From Candidatus Levyibacteriota bacterium (GTDB lineage Bacteria; Patescibacteriota; Microgenomatia; Levybacterales; UBA12049): a stretch of DNA of 64,000 nt. The notes below the pieces were generated by a model that searched no databases, was not told the DNA's origin, and saw nothing but the letters and a program-made list of their open reading frames with translations. Positions 1 to 9,134 of the stretch are shown here, in pieces. Location: assembly GCA_017991775.1 (NCBI GenBank), contig JAGOPV010000002.1, positions 2,360 through 66,359 on the forward strand. The letters run 5' to 3'. Numbering within the stretch: position 1 is the first letter of the stretch; each line of letters starts with the position of its first letter. A program made the translations under genes and the position numbers.

Positions 1-358
1 CTACCTCATATGCTCTATGTACAACGCCCCAAATATCTTTAAGTGAGAGACACCCTTCCAACTTAACTGATTTTTCTTTTTTTCCTTTTTTTTCAGTTGG
101 TTTTTTCTCAGTCTCTATAATTGTAAGCTGTGCATTGATAAATACTTGTATCGGTGCTTTTTCATCTTCCTTAATTATGAAAAGGTTGAGCGATTTGCCT
201 ACTTGTGGAGCAGCAAGCCCCACACCCTCAGGGTCACTTGCGTGAAGGAGTGTGTCTGTCATCTCTGCGATTGTAACGAGGAGATTTTTATCAAATTTCT
301 TGATGTCCTTCGCTTTTGCAGAAAGAACAGAATGTGGTGCTTGAATAATTGCTAGCAT
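1..358 (-). CDS. def: peptide deformylase, partial (3' end beyond the window edge)
   Basis: Minus-strand translation from the ATG at 356-358 gives MLAIIQAPHSVL...GVGLAAPQVG...EGCLS, which are the conserved PDF motifs 1 and 2. It is absent from the ORF track because it runs off the edge. The listed + ORF 146..355 is its antisense. Confidence 0.6.
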   Translation of the reverse strand, partial: MLAIIQAPHSVLSAKAKDIKKFDKNLLVTIAEMTDTLLHASDPEGVGLAAPQVGKSLNLFIIKEDEKAPIQVFINAQLTIIETEKKPTEKKGKKEKSVKLEGCLSLKDIWGVVHRAYEV

Positions 359-416
359 ATATTGTCCAAATATTGATTCACATTATATGAGAAAAGCGGA
401 TCCGTGTATAGAGTGG

Positions 417-2690
417 CTAGGGGTTAACGTTCCAATTCTTTAATGCCTTGAGAACATCCTCATCTGTTTTATCAAGATTCTTAAGAATATACCTCATATC
501 CACAATCGCTTTATCTGCAAGTTCTTTATTCGTTACAAATCCTCCACTATTTGTGCCAAGTTGTCTATAAAATAATCCACGCGCAAAATATGCATCACGA
601 TAATCATTTTTAAGTTCGATAGTCTTTGTGAGGCTTTCTATTGCGTTTTCAATCTGGCCAGACTTGCCTTGTATCACGCCAACGTTATAGGAGATCTTGG
701 CATCAGTGGGTGCTAGTTTTTGTGCAGTAAGTATCGCATCAAGTGCAGGCTTAAGGTACATAGGTTCGACTCCACTAAGCATATAAAGAATTCGAGTTCG
801 TGATTTCCAGTAGAGGACGTTATTTGGGTGTTCTGTGACAATCTTGTCACTAAGTGTCATTGCTTGCGTCGCGAGTTGTGCAGCTGTTGAAGCCTGCTCT
901 GCCTTATACAGTGCTGTAGCTATTGTGCCTAAGTTCAGTGCGAGCTCATCTTGAAAGACCGGTTCATTTTGCCTGATAGTTGTAGCTCTTGTTAGCTGAG
1001 GGTATGCATTTTGAAAGTCACCAACTTTATTGAGATTGTTGCCAAGTGCATATGAAACATCAGCTTGCCAAAATCTAAGAAGTAAGAAGAGAAGGAAAAG
1101 GGATATTACGCCAAGTACCGTGACAATTGTCCACTGACTAGCAGAGGCCTTATCATATTTTGATTTTATAAAAGAGTATGTCAGTACTTTTTTTGGATCA
1201 ACCATGCCTGTAAGCATTACATACCAAAGCGCTAGAAAGAGCAGGTAGATGTTGGTAATAACGACAGAGAAGCCAAAGAAGTTAGCGATAAGAATTGAGA
1301 TAAGTGATGCGAGGAATGTGACTGAAAGTACAAAATCATACATCTCAAGCTGTTCAGCTTTTGGAGTTAAGAAGTACTTTCTGAGCGCTAAGAATCCAAG
1401 TAGTGCAAAGATCGCCAAATAACTTCCAAGTCCTAAGATCCCTGTCGTAGTTAGGTAGTTAAGGTATTCATTGTGAGCCTTATTGTAGAGATAGTCCCAT
1501 TCAGATGTGAGATTGTGCGCTGCTGGCCTGAATTGATAATACGCAAAAGCAAATGTCTCAACCCCCGTTCCGATGATTGGATGTGCTTTCCAAGCTTCGA
1601 TTGCGCCATTCCAGACGAGTACGCGAATATTTGCTGAGTCTGTGATGTTAATACCATCTGCGTAAGGAGAAGCTGGAGATGTCTCTGTTGCTGAAGCTTT
1701 TTCTGCGGGTGCGGGTGTTGCAGCTTGTCTGGTTAGTGATGAAAATTCGATTTTATTTAGCTGCGAGATTGGGGTACCAAAGATAAAGTTAGAAAGAATA
1801 AAAATAAGATTTATCGTAATAAAAATTGGGAGTACTTTTTTATAGGATTTAAGGTGGCGAAGAAATAGCATGCCCCAGAAGAAGACGTTGGCAGCCCAAA
1901 ATGCTAAGAAGCCTGCGCGAGTATTGGTGAAAAGAAGATCAACGTAAAATAGGAGTAGAATTATAAAGAGCACAACAACTTTTTTATCAGAAATATAGTC
2001 GGCTAATCTTTTTTTATGCTCAGAGAGAATTACCAGATAGCCCATGATGAATGGAGTGAGAATTGCAAGGTATGAGGAGAGCCAGGCAGGTTGGCCAAGT
2101 GTTGAGAAAATACGAACAGTTGGTTTGAAGGCATCAGTCCAGCACGAAACATCAAAAGTCCCCCTGAACATAAGGCAAGTTGGATCATTGCCAAAGTGCG
2201 ATGGTAGTCCCCAGAGTGCGACGACAATTCCGGCGATGATACTTATCTTAAGAAATGACTTTATATCATCTCGCGTGAAATTACTCGCGAATGCATAGTA
2301 GAGAAGGATGTAGCTAAACAGTGACAGAAAGCCTCCATTAAAGCGAGAGTAATATCCGAAAAAAGATATCCTCTGATCAAGCGAGAAGATGGTCGAGATG
2401 AGTTGTGAGATGAGAAAAATGATTATTGGGATATCGAGTGGGGTTCGCTGAATCCTGTATGTTTTTTCAACTACCATTTTACTGATCCAGCCAAATCCAA
2501 TAAGGATTGTCAAAGCCCATGCTAGCCACATCTTATTTAATTCGAAAAGTTCTGAAGTATTACTTGTGAAGATAAAAGGTACCAGAAGGAAAATGCCGTA
2601 GAAGGAATAGCGAATTAATTTATTGCAAAAATCTATAAATCCCATGTGGTCAATCTTTGTGAAGAGTTTAATTATGGTAGCACATCGCAA
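417..2690 (-). CDS. polytopic membrane protein, O-antigen ligase (Wzy_C)-like with C-terminal TPR repeats
   Basis: 757 aa. About 10 predicted TM helices in the N-terminal two-thirds and TPR-like helical repeats in the C-terminal 250 aa. This architecture is common in CPR O-antigen-ligase-family proteins. Confidence 0.45.
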   Translation of the reverse strand: MRCATIIKLFTKIDHMGFIDFCNKLIRYSFYGIFLLVPFIFTSNTSELFELNKMWLAWALTILIGFGWISKMVVEKTYRIQRTPLDIPIIIFLISQLISTIFSLDQRISFFGYYSRFNGGFLSLFSYILLYYAFASNFTRDDIKSFLKISIIAGIVVALWGLPSHFGNDPTCLMFRGTFDVSCWTDAFKPTVRIFSTLGQPAWLSSYLAILTPFIMGYLVILSEHKKRLADYISDKKVVVLFIILLLFYVDLLFTNTRAGFLAFWAANVFFWGMLFLRHLKSYKKVLPIFITINLIFILSNFIFGTPISQLNKIEFSSLTRQAATPAPAEKASATETSPASPYADGINITDSANIRVLVWNGAIEAWKAHPIIGTGVETFAFAYYQFRPAAHNLTSEWDYLYNKAHNEYLNYLTTTGILGLGSYLAIFALLGFLALRKYFLTPKAEQLEMYDFVLSVTFLASLISILIANFFGFSVVITNIYLLFLALWYVMLTGMVDPKKVLTYSFIKSKYDKASASQWTIVTVLGVISLFLLFLLLRFWQADVSYALGNNLNKVGDFQNAYPQLTRATTIRQNEPVFQDELALNLGTIATALYKAEQASTAAQLATQAMTLSDKIVTEHPNNVLYWKSRTRILYMLSGVEPMYLKPALDAILTAQKLAPTDAKISYNVGVIQGKSGQIENAIESLTKTIELKNDYRDAYFARGLFYRQLGTNSGGFVTNKELADKAIVDMRYILKNLDKTDEDVLKALKNWNVNP

Positions 2691-2755
2691 GAAGACCTAT
2701 CAACAGATATTCGTCTTGCCTCATTCTGGTAGGCATAGTAGAATCAATATACTCA

Positions 2756-3892
2756 ATGCTTAATAAGCTATTTGCACTATTTTCTCATGACGTTGGTATC
2801 GATCTTGGTACCGCAAATATTCTCGTTTTTGTTGAAGGAAAAGGTATCGTTATCCGCGAGCCATCGGTAGTCGCAATGCGAAAGAAAACAAAAGAGATTA
2901 TTGCTGTTGGAAGTGAAGCCAAAAAAATGGTAGGTAAGACACCGCCATCGATTCTGACAATTAGACCACTTAAAGGTGGGATCATTTCCGATTTTGATGC
3001 GACACAAGGAATGATATCCCATTACATGAAGCAAGTTCATGAAATGGGTAGCGTCTATAAGTCGCTCTTTGCTCGTCCAAAAGTAGTTATCGGAATTCCA
3101 TCATCTGTTACTGAGGTTCAACGTCGTGCGGTTTGGGAAGCAGCTCTCAGTGCTGGAGCGCGCGAGGCATATCTGATTGAAGAGCCGATGGCTGCTGCTA
3201 TTGGAGAGGGGATCTCTGTTTCCTCAGCGACAGGGGTTATGGTAGTTGATATCGGCGGTGGGACGACTGAGATTGCGATTATTTCACTCGGTGGCATTGT
3301 CGTGAGTCGATCAGTGAGACTTGCTGGTGATGATCTTGATCAAGCGATCATTCATTATGTGCGACTTCGCCACGGGATGCTGATAGGTGAGAAAACAGCA
3401 GAAGATATAAAGATCTCAATTGGAAGCGCATATCAAAAAACAAAGAGTAAAAAAAGCGCAGAGCAAGTTGAGGAAAGTAAAAAATCTCGCATCGATCATG
3501 ATAGTGAGATCGAGGAGGTAAAGGAAAAAGGGGAGAGAATGGCGATCATCAGGGGTCGTAACATTGAGACTGGATTGCCTCGCAGTATAAAGATAAGTGA
3601 ATCAGAAGTTAGAGAAGCTCTAGCGCCCGTACTTAATAAAATAGTTCAGGCAGTTGCAGATGTGGTCGAGGATGCGCCACCTGAACTAATTAGCGATATT
3701 TTGGAGAGGGGTATCCTAGTGACTGGAGGAGGATCTCAATTAGCTGGGCTTGATCAATTGATCGTTGAGCGTACTCATATGCCTGTAATATTGTCAAATG
3801 ACCCATTAACAAGTGTTGTTCGTGGAACTGGTAAAGTGTTGGGTGATCCTGCACTTCTGGCGCGAGTTCAAGTTATTGGTGGTCTACGATAA
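2756..3892 (+). CDS. mreB: rod shape-determining actin-like ATPase MreB (with a charged insertion)
   Basis: Phosphate-1 motif GIDLGTANI and the DIGGGTT and LTGGGS motifs. An insertion KKSAEQVEESKK...EEVKEKGERM lies in the middle. Followed by mreC and mreD. Confidence 0.85.
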   Translation: MLNKLFALFSHDVGIDLGTANILVFVEGKGIVIREPSVVAMRKKTKEIIAVGSEAKKMVGKTPPSILTIRPLKGGIISDFDATQGMISHYMKQVHEMGSVYKSLFARPKVVIGIPSSVTEVQRRAVWEAALSAGAREAYLIEEPMAAAIGEGISVSSATGVMVVDIGGGTTEIAIISLGGIVVSRSVRLAGDDLDQAIIHYVRLRHGMLIGEKTAEDIKISIGSAYQKTKSKKSAEQVEESKKSRIDHDSEIEEVKEKGERMAIIRGRNIETGLPRSIKISESEVREALAPVLNKIVQAVADVVEDAPPELISDILERGILVTGGGSQLAGLDQLIVERTHMPVILSNDPLTSVVRGTGKVLGDPALLARVQVIGGLR

Positions 3893-3948
3893 AGTACTTG
3901 AGGATAGGGTAGGTTGCTCAAAATGAGTAGCTAGGCTACAATGACTTC

Positions 3949-4740
3949 ATGCAAAAACGTATACGTTTTTTCTCTCAATTCTTCTTCTTTTTAATCATTA
4001 GTCTTCTTATATATTTTGTATCTCAGACTGGTCCTGGAAAGAATATTCTTTCAGTAATTCAGGTAGGGCTTTCTCCATTCTCCCATCTTACTTTTCAAGT
4101 TCATGCGCTTACACATACAGGGCCTCCAACCAGGGTCGAGCAACTTGAGCAGGAAGTAAATGATCTTAGACTTAAGCTCTCGGCCAAAAAAGATCAGGAT
4201 AAAGAAATAGAGGCACTTCGTGATCAATTCAAAGAAACAGCTGTGTCGCCCCGATCGCTACGTCCTGCAAAGATCATCGGGCTGAGGGGATTTATTCCCG
4301 GCTATCCACTGCCAGATGAATTAACCATAGATAAGGGACATAGAGATGGTGTGATGGAGGGTCAAGTTATTGTAGTTAGGAACAATATTATTGGTAGGGT
4401 CGAGAAGACATCTGAACATATTTCACTCGTCGAGCTTTTGACAAAAGAAGATGTGTCTTTGACAGCTGTGACTTCAGAGACGGGCGCGTTGGGTGTCGCA
4501 AAAGGGCAAGGTGAAGGTGGGATTATAATCGACAATGTTCTTCTTTCAGAGTCACTTAAGGTCGGAGATCTAGTATTGAGTAAAGGAAGTGTGGATGGAT
4601 CTGGAAAAGGCGCTCCGCCAAATCTTGTTGTTGGGAAAATCCACTCAATTGAAAAAAAACCAAGCGCACTCTTCCAGACCGCAAAGCTTGATACATTAGT
4701 CAGAATTACAAATATCTCTACAGTCTTTATCCTGCAATAA
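3949..4740 (+). CDS. mreC: rod shape-determining protein MreC
   Basis: N-terminal TM plus coiled coil, then a beta-rich C-terminus. Position immediately after mreB. Confidence 0.55.
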   Translation: MQKRIRFFSQFFFFLIISLLIYFVSQTGPGKNILSVIQVGLSPFSHLTFQVHALTHTGPPTRVEQLEQEVNDLRLKLSAKKDQDKEIEALRDQFKETAVSPRSLRPAKIIGLRGFIPGYPLPDELTIDKGHRDGVMEGQVIVVRNNIIGRVEKTSEHISLVELLTKEDVSLTAVTSETGALGVAKGQGEGGIIIDNVLLSESLKVGDLVLSKGSVDGSGKGAPPNLVVGKIHSIEKKPSALFQTAKLDTLVRITNISTVFILQ

Positions 4741-4742
4741 GT

Positions 4743-5165
4743 ATGACAATCTTACTATTTCTGTTACTTGGTATTGCTCTCATTGTGGAGACTAGTGTGA
4801 GTTCGTTGCCTTTAGTTCTCTTATTTTTAATTATTGTTACAGTCTGGCGAAAAAGTGCGCATATGTTGTTGCTCGCTTTTTTTTCTGGTCTTATTCTTGA
4901 TGTGCTCTTGGTTAGGAATATAGGTACAACGAGCATATTTTTTCTCGTGATGATAGCTGGGATGATTCTCTATCAGAAAAAGTATGAACTTCGTTCGCCA
5001 TTTTTCGTCATTCCATTTTCAATGGTAGCAAGCATGCTTTATGTTGTACTGTTTCCAGTTCCCCAGGCATTTCTTCATGTTGTCTTTAGCACGCTCCTTG
5101 CTGCAATACTTTTTGTTGTCTCATCATTATTAATGCAAAAGTCCAATGAAAGGCAGAGATATTAG
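4743..5165 (+). CDS. mreD: MreD-like small polytopic membrane protein
   Basis: 140 aa with 4-5 TM helices. Positioned between mreC and PBP2. Confidence 0.4.
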   Translation: MTILLFLLLGIALIVETSVSSLPLVLLFLIIVTVWRKSAHMLLLAFFSGLILDVLLVRNIGTTSIFFLVMIAGMILYQKKYELRSPFFVIPFSMVASMLYVVLFPVPQAFLHVVFSTLLAAILFVVSSLLMQKSNERQRY

Positions 5166-6966
5166 GATGAAAATTGGTGTAGCATTTTCCGACTCGATTC
5201 GAACAGAGAAAGTAAGAAGAAAGCATTTTAGCGAAGATGGCCCACCACTTGTTAAGATGCGTTCGCGCTCGTTGCTTTTTGCGCTGAGTATTGTCGGTGT
5301 GATTCTTTTGTATCAATTGACAAAGTTGCAGATCGTAAAGGGTGATTATTATCGAGCACTCTCTGATTCAAATAGGACGAGGACCACGTTAGTTTTTGCA
5401 CCTCGCGGGGTTATTTTTGATCGTAACAATGTCCCACTGACTTATAATATCCCCGGATTTAGACAGATTAAAAAAGAACGTACGCGACTTATTCCTCGCG
5501 ACAAGGCATTGGAGCTAATCGCCAAAGATGATCGGTCCATTTTCGTTGATAGTCTTCGTGAATATCCCTTTAAAGATGCGATGGCACATGTCATCGGATA
5601 TATCGGTCAGATTACGCCTGAGCAGGTAAAGAACGCTGATTTTTCTCAGTATCAGATAACAGATCTGATCGGAAAATCTGGTATTGAGTATGAGTACGAA
5701 TCATTGCTCCGGGGTATAAATGGTAAGGAGTTGATTGAAGTTGATGCAACGGGAAAAAAGATACGAACTCTGGGCCAGACTGATCCAGTCCCAGGCCAGA
5801 ATGTGACGCTTACTCTAGACTCAAAAATACAGAAGATCGCCTATGAGGCGATGAGGGATGTTCCTAAAGGTGCCGTAGTTGTCTCAACCCCAGATGGACA
5901 GATCTTAGCACTTCTCTCAAAGCCTTCATTTGATCCGAATCTATTTACCCTCGATGAATCATATAGAGCCACCGATACTGCGTATCCTTCTGTTGCGGGT
6001 ATTTTAACAGGAGCAAACCAGCCATTACTGGACAGAGCGATTGGTGGAACTTATCCACCCGGATCAACCTATAAAGTAGTTATGGCAGCAGGAGCGCTTG
6101 AGAGTAAAAAAATTGACGAAGACTATACTGTAAATGATAAAGGTTCGATCAAGATTGGCCCATATTCCTACAGCAACTGGTATTTCACGCAGTACGGAAG
6201 GACTGAGGGGGAAGTAGGAGTGGCAAAGGCATTAGCTCGCTCTAACGATATCTTCTTTTATGAGCTAGCTGCAAAAATCGGCCTTAAGACAATTGTTAGC
6301 ACGTCTTCTCAAATGGGGGTTGGCAAAAAGCTCGGGATTGATCTGCCTGGTGAGGAGGCAGGAGTTCTGCCGGATGAGGCATGGAAAAAGAGAAATGTAG
6401 GTGAAGATTGGTATCTTGGGGATACGTATATTTATGGAATTGGGCAGGGGTATCTTCTAACAACTCCTCTACAGGTGAATTTTTGGACTGGCGTAATCGC
6501 AAATGGAGGCAAGCTCTATAAGCCTCGAATGCTCAAGTCCTCTCCCTCTGAAGTGATCAACAAGACATTTCTCTCAAAGAGCTCATTAGATCTAGTGAGA
6601 AAAGGCATGATTCAAGCTTGTGAGACCGGTGGAACTGCATATCCGTTTTTTGATTTTAAAGTGAATAATAAGGATCTTGTGGTTGATGGCAAAAATATCA
6701 CAGAGACAGCGATCTCAACATCATCCGCAGTTAGGGCATCAGGCTCTGCAGATCTCAAGAATATGAGGCACGTTGTTGTAGCATGCAAGACGGGCACAGC
6801 AGAGCATGGGGGTAAAGATGACAAGCCACATGCATGGATGACACTTTTTGCACCAGCTTATGATCCAGAAATAGTCGTGACGGTTCTTGCTGAAGATATT
6901 GGAGAAGGCTCCTCAGTTGCGGGCCCAATTGCTAAGAAAATAGTCGAGGCATATTTCGGGAAATAA
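5146..6966 (+). CDS. mrdA: penicillin-binding protein 2 (class B transpeptidase)
   Basis: SXXK (STYK), SXN (SND) and KTG (KTGTAE) motifs. N-terminal TM plus dimerisation domain. Synteny with mreBCD. Confidence 0.8.
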   Translation: MKGRDIRMKIGVAFSDSIRTEKVRRKHFSEDGPPLVKMRSRSLLFALSIVGVILLYQLTKLQIVKGDYYRALSDSNRTRTTLVFAPRGVIFDRNNVPLTYNIPGFRQIKKERTRLIPRDKALELIAKDDRSIFVDSLREYPFKDAMAHVIGYIGQITPEQVKNADFSQYQITDLIGKSGIEYEYESLLRGINGKELIEVDATGKKIRTLGQTDPVPGQNVTLTLDSKIQKIAYEAMRDVPKGAVVVSTPDGQILALLSKPSFDPNLFTLDESYRATDTAYPSVAGILTGANQPLLDRAIGGTYPPGSTYKVVMAAGALESKKIDEDYTVNDKGSIKIGPYSYSNWYFTQYGRTEGEVGVAKALARSNDIFFYELAAKIGLKTIVSTSSQMGVGKKLGIDLPGEEAGVLPDEAWKKRNVGEDWYLGDTYIYGIGQGYLLTTPLQVNFWTGVIANGGKLYKPRMLKSSPSEVINKTFLSKSSLDLVRKGMIQACETGGTAYPFFDFKVNNKDLVVDGKNITETAISTSSAVRASGSADLKNMRHVVVACKTGTAEHGGKDDKPHAWMTLFAPAYDPEIVVTVLAEDIGEGSSVAGPIAKKIVEAYFGK

Positions 6967-6980
6967 GAATAAGGCTTCGA

Positions 6981-7844
6981 TTGTGTTATTCTAAGATCAT
7001 GGAAGGCTCGATGGATATTGATCTAGGTACACAACTTCAAGGTGTAGAAATTACAGAAGAAGATATTCTTAAAGAACACAAAAATTCTACTGGTCGGTTA
7101 TCTGAATTAGCTAAAAAGTATGAAGCCTATTTTGTTCATGGGCTACACCCATTTGATGAGTTTGGTGGGGTAAATAATAGTAGTATCAAACCAGGGACCA
7201 CATTTCTGGATAGGGCAAGTGTCGTTAGTGATTTGCATCCAACTATCTCTGGTTCCTCAGTTCTACAGCATTCAGCAACTGCAGAGACCTGGTCGCCAAT
7301 AGGTCTAGTTCTAGGCGATGGAGTTATTGAAGATGCCTCACCCAGCGATATGCTTTCTCGCTCCCATTCTCTTTATGATCGTCGTCCTTCGGCTACCTGG
7401 CTTGCTCCTCGAAATCCAGAGCAATATAACACTAAAATAGACACTGCCTTAAAGACAAGGGGGATCCAACCTTATAACGAGCTGATAGTTCAGGGTCCAA
7501 AACCCGCAGGAGTTTATCTAAATCTTGATAGTCTTGCTGCTGATAAAGCAAATGTTTTCGCGCGTCGTAAACCGTCAGAATATGCACTTCAAGAAACATT
7601 TGTCGTTGGTGGGAGACAAATGTCTTATCGAGAACTTGAGGAACTTGGGTCTCAGCTAGGAATGCAGGTATTTGTTTTTGTTGAAGGCAAACTTCGCAGA
7701 ACAACATTTAATGAAGAAAATGGTGGCCTATTAATTGGCGACGTAATTAATGCTGGGGAAGTTGGAGATATAGAGCCTGTACTGACTCCTGAGCAAAGAT
7801 CAGAAATGCATGAAAGGGCAAAATCCTCACTTGCCGCTACTTAG
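6981..7844 (+). CDS. hypothetical protein
   Basis: 287 aa ORF with no motif I recognise. Soluble. Confidence 0.35.
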   Translation: MCYSKIMEGSMDIDLGTQLQGVEITEEDILKEHKNSTGRLSELAKKYEAYFVHGLHPFDEFGGVNNSSIKPGTTFLDRASVVSDLHPTISGSSVLQHSATAETWSPIGLVLGDGVIEDASPSDMLSRSHSLYDRRPSATWLAPRNPEQYNTKIDTALKTRGIQPYNELIVQGPKPAGVYLNLDSLAADKANVFARRKPSEYALQETFVVGGRQMSYRELEELGSQLGMQVFVFVEGKLRRTTFNEENGGLLIGDVINAGEVGDIEPVLTPEQRSEMHERAKSSLAAT

Positions 7845-7866
7845 CAAATATAGATTAATATAAGAT

Positions 7867-8949
7867 ATGAAGGATTCATTGTATGCTTTGGGATTTTCGC
7901 ATTTTGATGGGATAGGTCCGAAGAAATACGCGCTTCTATTACAACGGTTCGGCAATGCAAGAACAGCTTGGAACGCATCAGAGGAAGATCTTTTAAGTGT
8001 TCTTGGAAAGACATTTGGCCCGCGATTTATTGTATTTCGAGATACTTTTGACTTTGGAGTAAAACAAAAAGAATTAGAGAGTACTGGTGCATGGTTTGTG
8101 GATGTTGGAAGTTCTGAGTATCCAAATCTGCTTAAAAAGATTCCAAATCCTCCAATTGTCCTCTTTGGTATTGGTGACAAAACTCTCCTCTCAAGTTTCA
8201 ATGAGCGATATATTGGGATAGTCGGCACAAGAAAGATCACTTCATATGGAATTGATGTGACCACGATGATGGTCGAGGAGCTGGTCCAAAATAATTTTTG
8301 TATTGTTTCAGGCCTTGCCTTGGGTGTCGACGCGTTGGCACATAAAGTTACTTTAGAAAATAGTGGTAGGACTATTGCAGTCCTTGGTTGTGGGGTTGAT
8401 CACTGTTATCCGCAAGAAAATGAAAAGATATATAAAGATATTATAGAGAAGGGAAGTCTGATTATCAGTGAATATCCTCTTGGTGTATCACCAACTCCTG
8501 GATCTTTCCCATCTCGCAATAGGATTATTGCAGGTATCAGTGCTAGTGTACTTGTCACACAAGGTGCTCTGGGGAGCGGGTCACTGATAACCGCGTCAAA
8601 CGCACTGGAATTACACAGACCAGTCTTTGCGGTACCTGGTCCAATTACCTCCTCGCTTTCACAAGGCACAAATGAGCTCTTGAAAGAAGGTGCCATCATG
8701 GTCTCAAATGTTGAAGATATTATGAAGGGTCTTGGAAAGAGTCTGAAAACCTCACAAAAACAGATTGTAAATGGAGATACAGCATCAGAGCAGTCTGTGA
8801 TAGATTTGCTACACGTTCAAGCATATTCTTTCGATGAATTTGTAAAGATCATGCAGCTATCTGTCCAAGAATTAGGTTCGCTCTTATCTGTCATGGAGAT
8901 GAAGGGCTATATAAAGCGAGATGATGAGGGGAATTTTACTCTTATGTAG
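7867..8949 (+). CDS. dprA: DNA-processing protein DprA (Smf)
   Basis: Rossmann-like DprA core GLALGVDALAHK...VLGCGVD...SRNRIIAG...PGPITS. Classic dprA-topA adjacency. Confidence 0.8.
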   Translation: MKDSLYALGFSHFDGIGPKKYALLLQRFGNARTAWNASEEDLLSVLGKTFGPRFIVFRDTFDFGVKQKELESTGAWFVDVGSSEYPNLLKKIPNPPIVLFGIGDKTLLSSFNERYIGIVGTRKITSYGIDVTTMMVEELVQNNFCIVSGLALGVDALAHKVTLENSGRTIAVLGCGVDHCYPQENEKIYKDIIEKGSLIISEYPLGVSPTPGSFPSRNRIIAGISASVLVTQGALGSGSLITASNALELHRPVFAVPGPITSSLSQGTNELLKEGAIMVSNVEDIMKGLGKSLKTSQKQIVNGDTASEQSVIDLLHVQAYSFDEFVKIMQLSVQELGSLLSVMEMKGYIKRDDEGNFTLM

Positions 8950-9092
8950 CTCACAGTAGGCGACTTGATTTGACTCTGAGCCCTTCCAGATTTTGTCGGG
9001 ATTCTATCGGAATTGACAGGAACATGTATAATGGTGAATACACATTGTGAAACTGCCATCATTATCCCGGCTAGATCCGGGATATTTAATGG

Positions 9093-9123
9093 TTCAGATG
9101 CTGAAACTAATTCAGCGTGACAT
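9093..9123 (+). promoter_or_regulatory. single-hairpin copy of the CTGAA-N6-TTCAG / [AG]TGACAT palindromic element, 12 nt upstream of the topA ATG
   Basis: TTCAGATGCTGAAACTAATTCAGCGTGACAT. Same stem and flanking TGACAT as the elements at 15123, 38549 and 47801-48127. Confidence 0.5.
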
Positions 9124-9134
9124 AATACAAGCAT

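Noticed and set aside
146-355. 69-aa + strand ORF at the left edge
   Set aside because: It is antisense to a much better partial peptide deformylase gene on the minus strand (GVGLAAPQVG and EGCLS motifs). It is Cys-rich, low complexity and has no RBS.
8907-9134. 75-aa minus-strand ORF between dprA and topA
   Set aside because: Lies in the intergenic region containing the terminator-like hairpin ATCCCGG-CTAGA-TCCGGGAT and the palindromic element. No RBS. Antisense to regulatory DNA.
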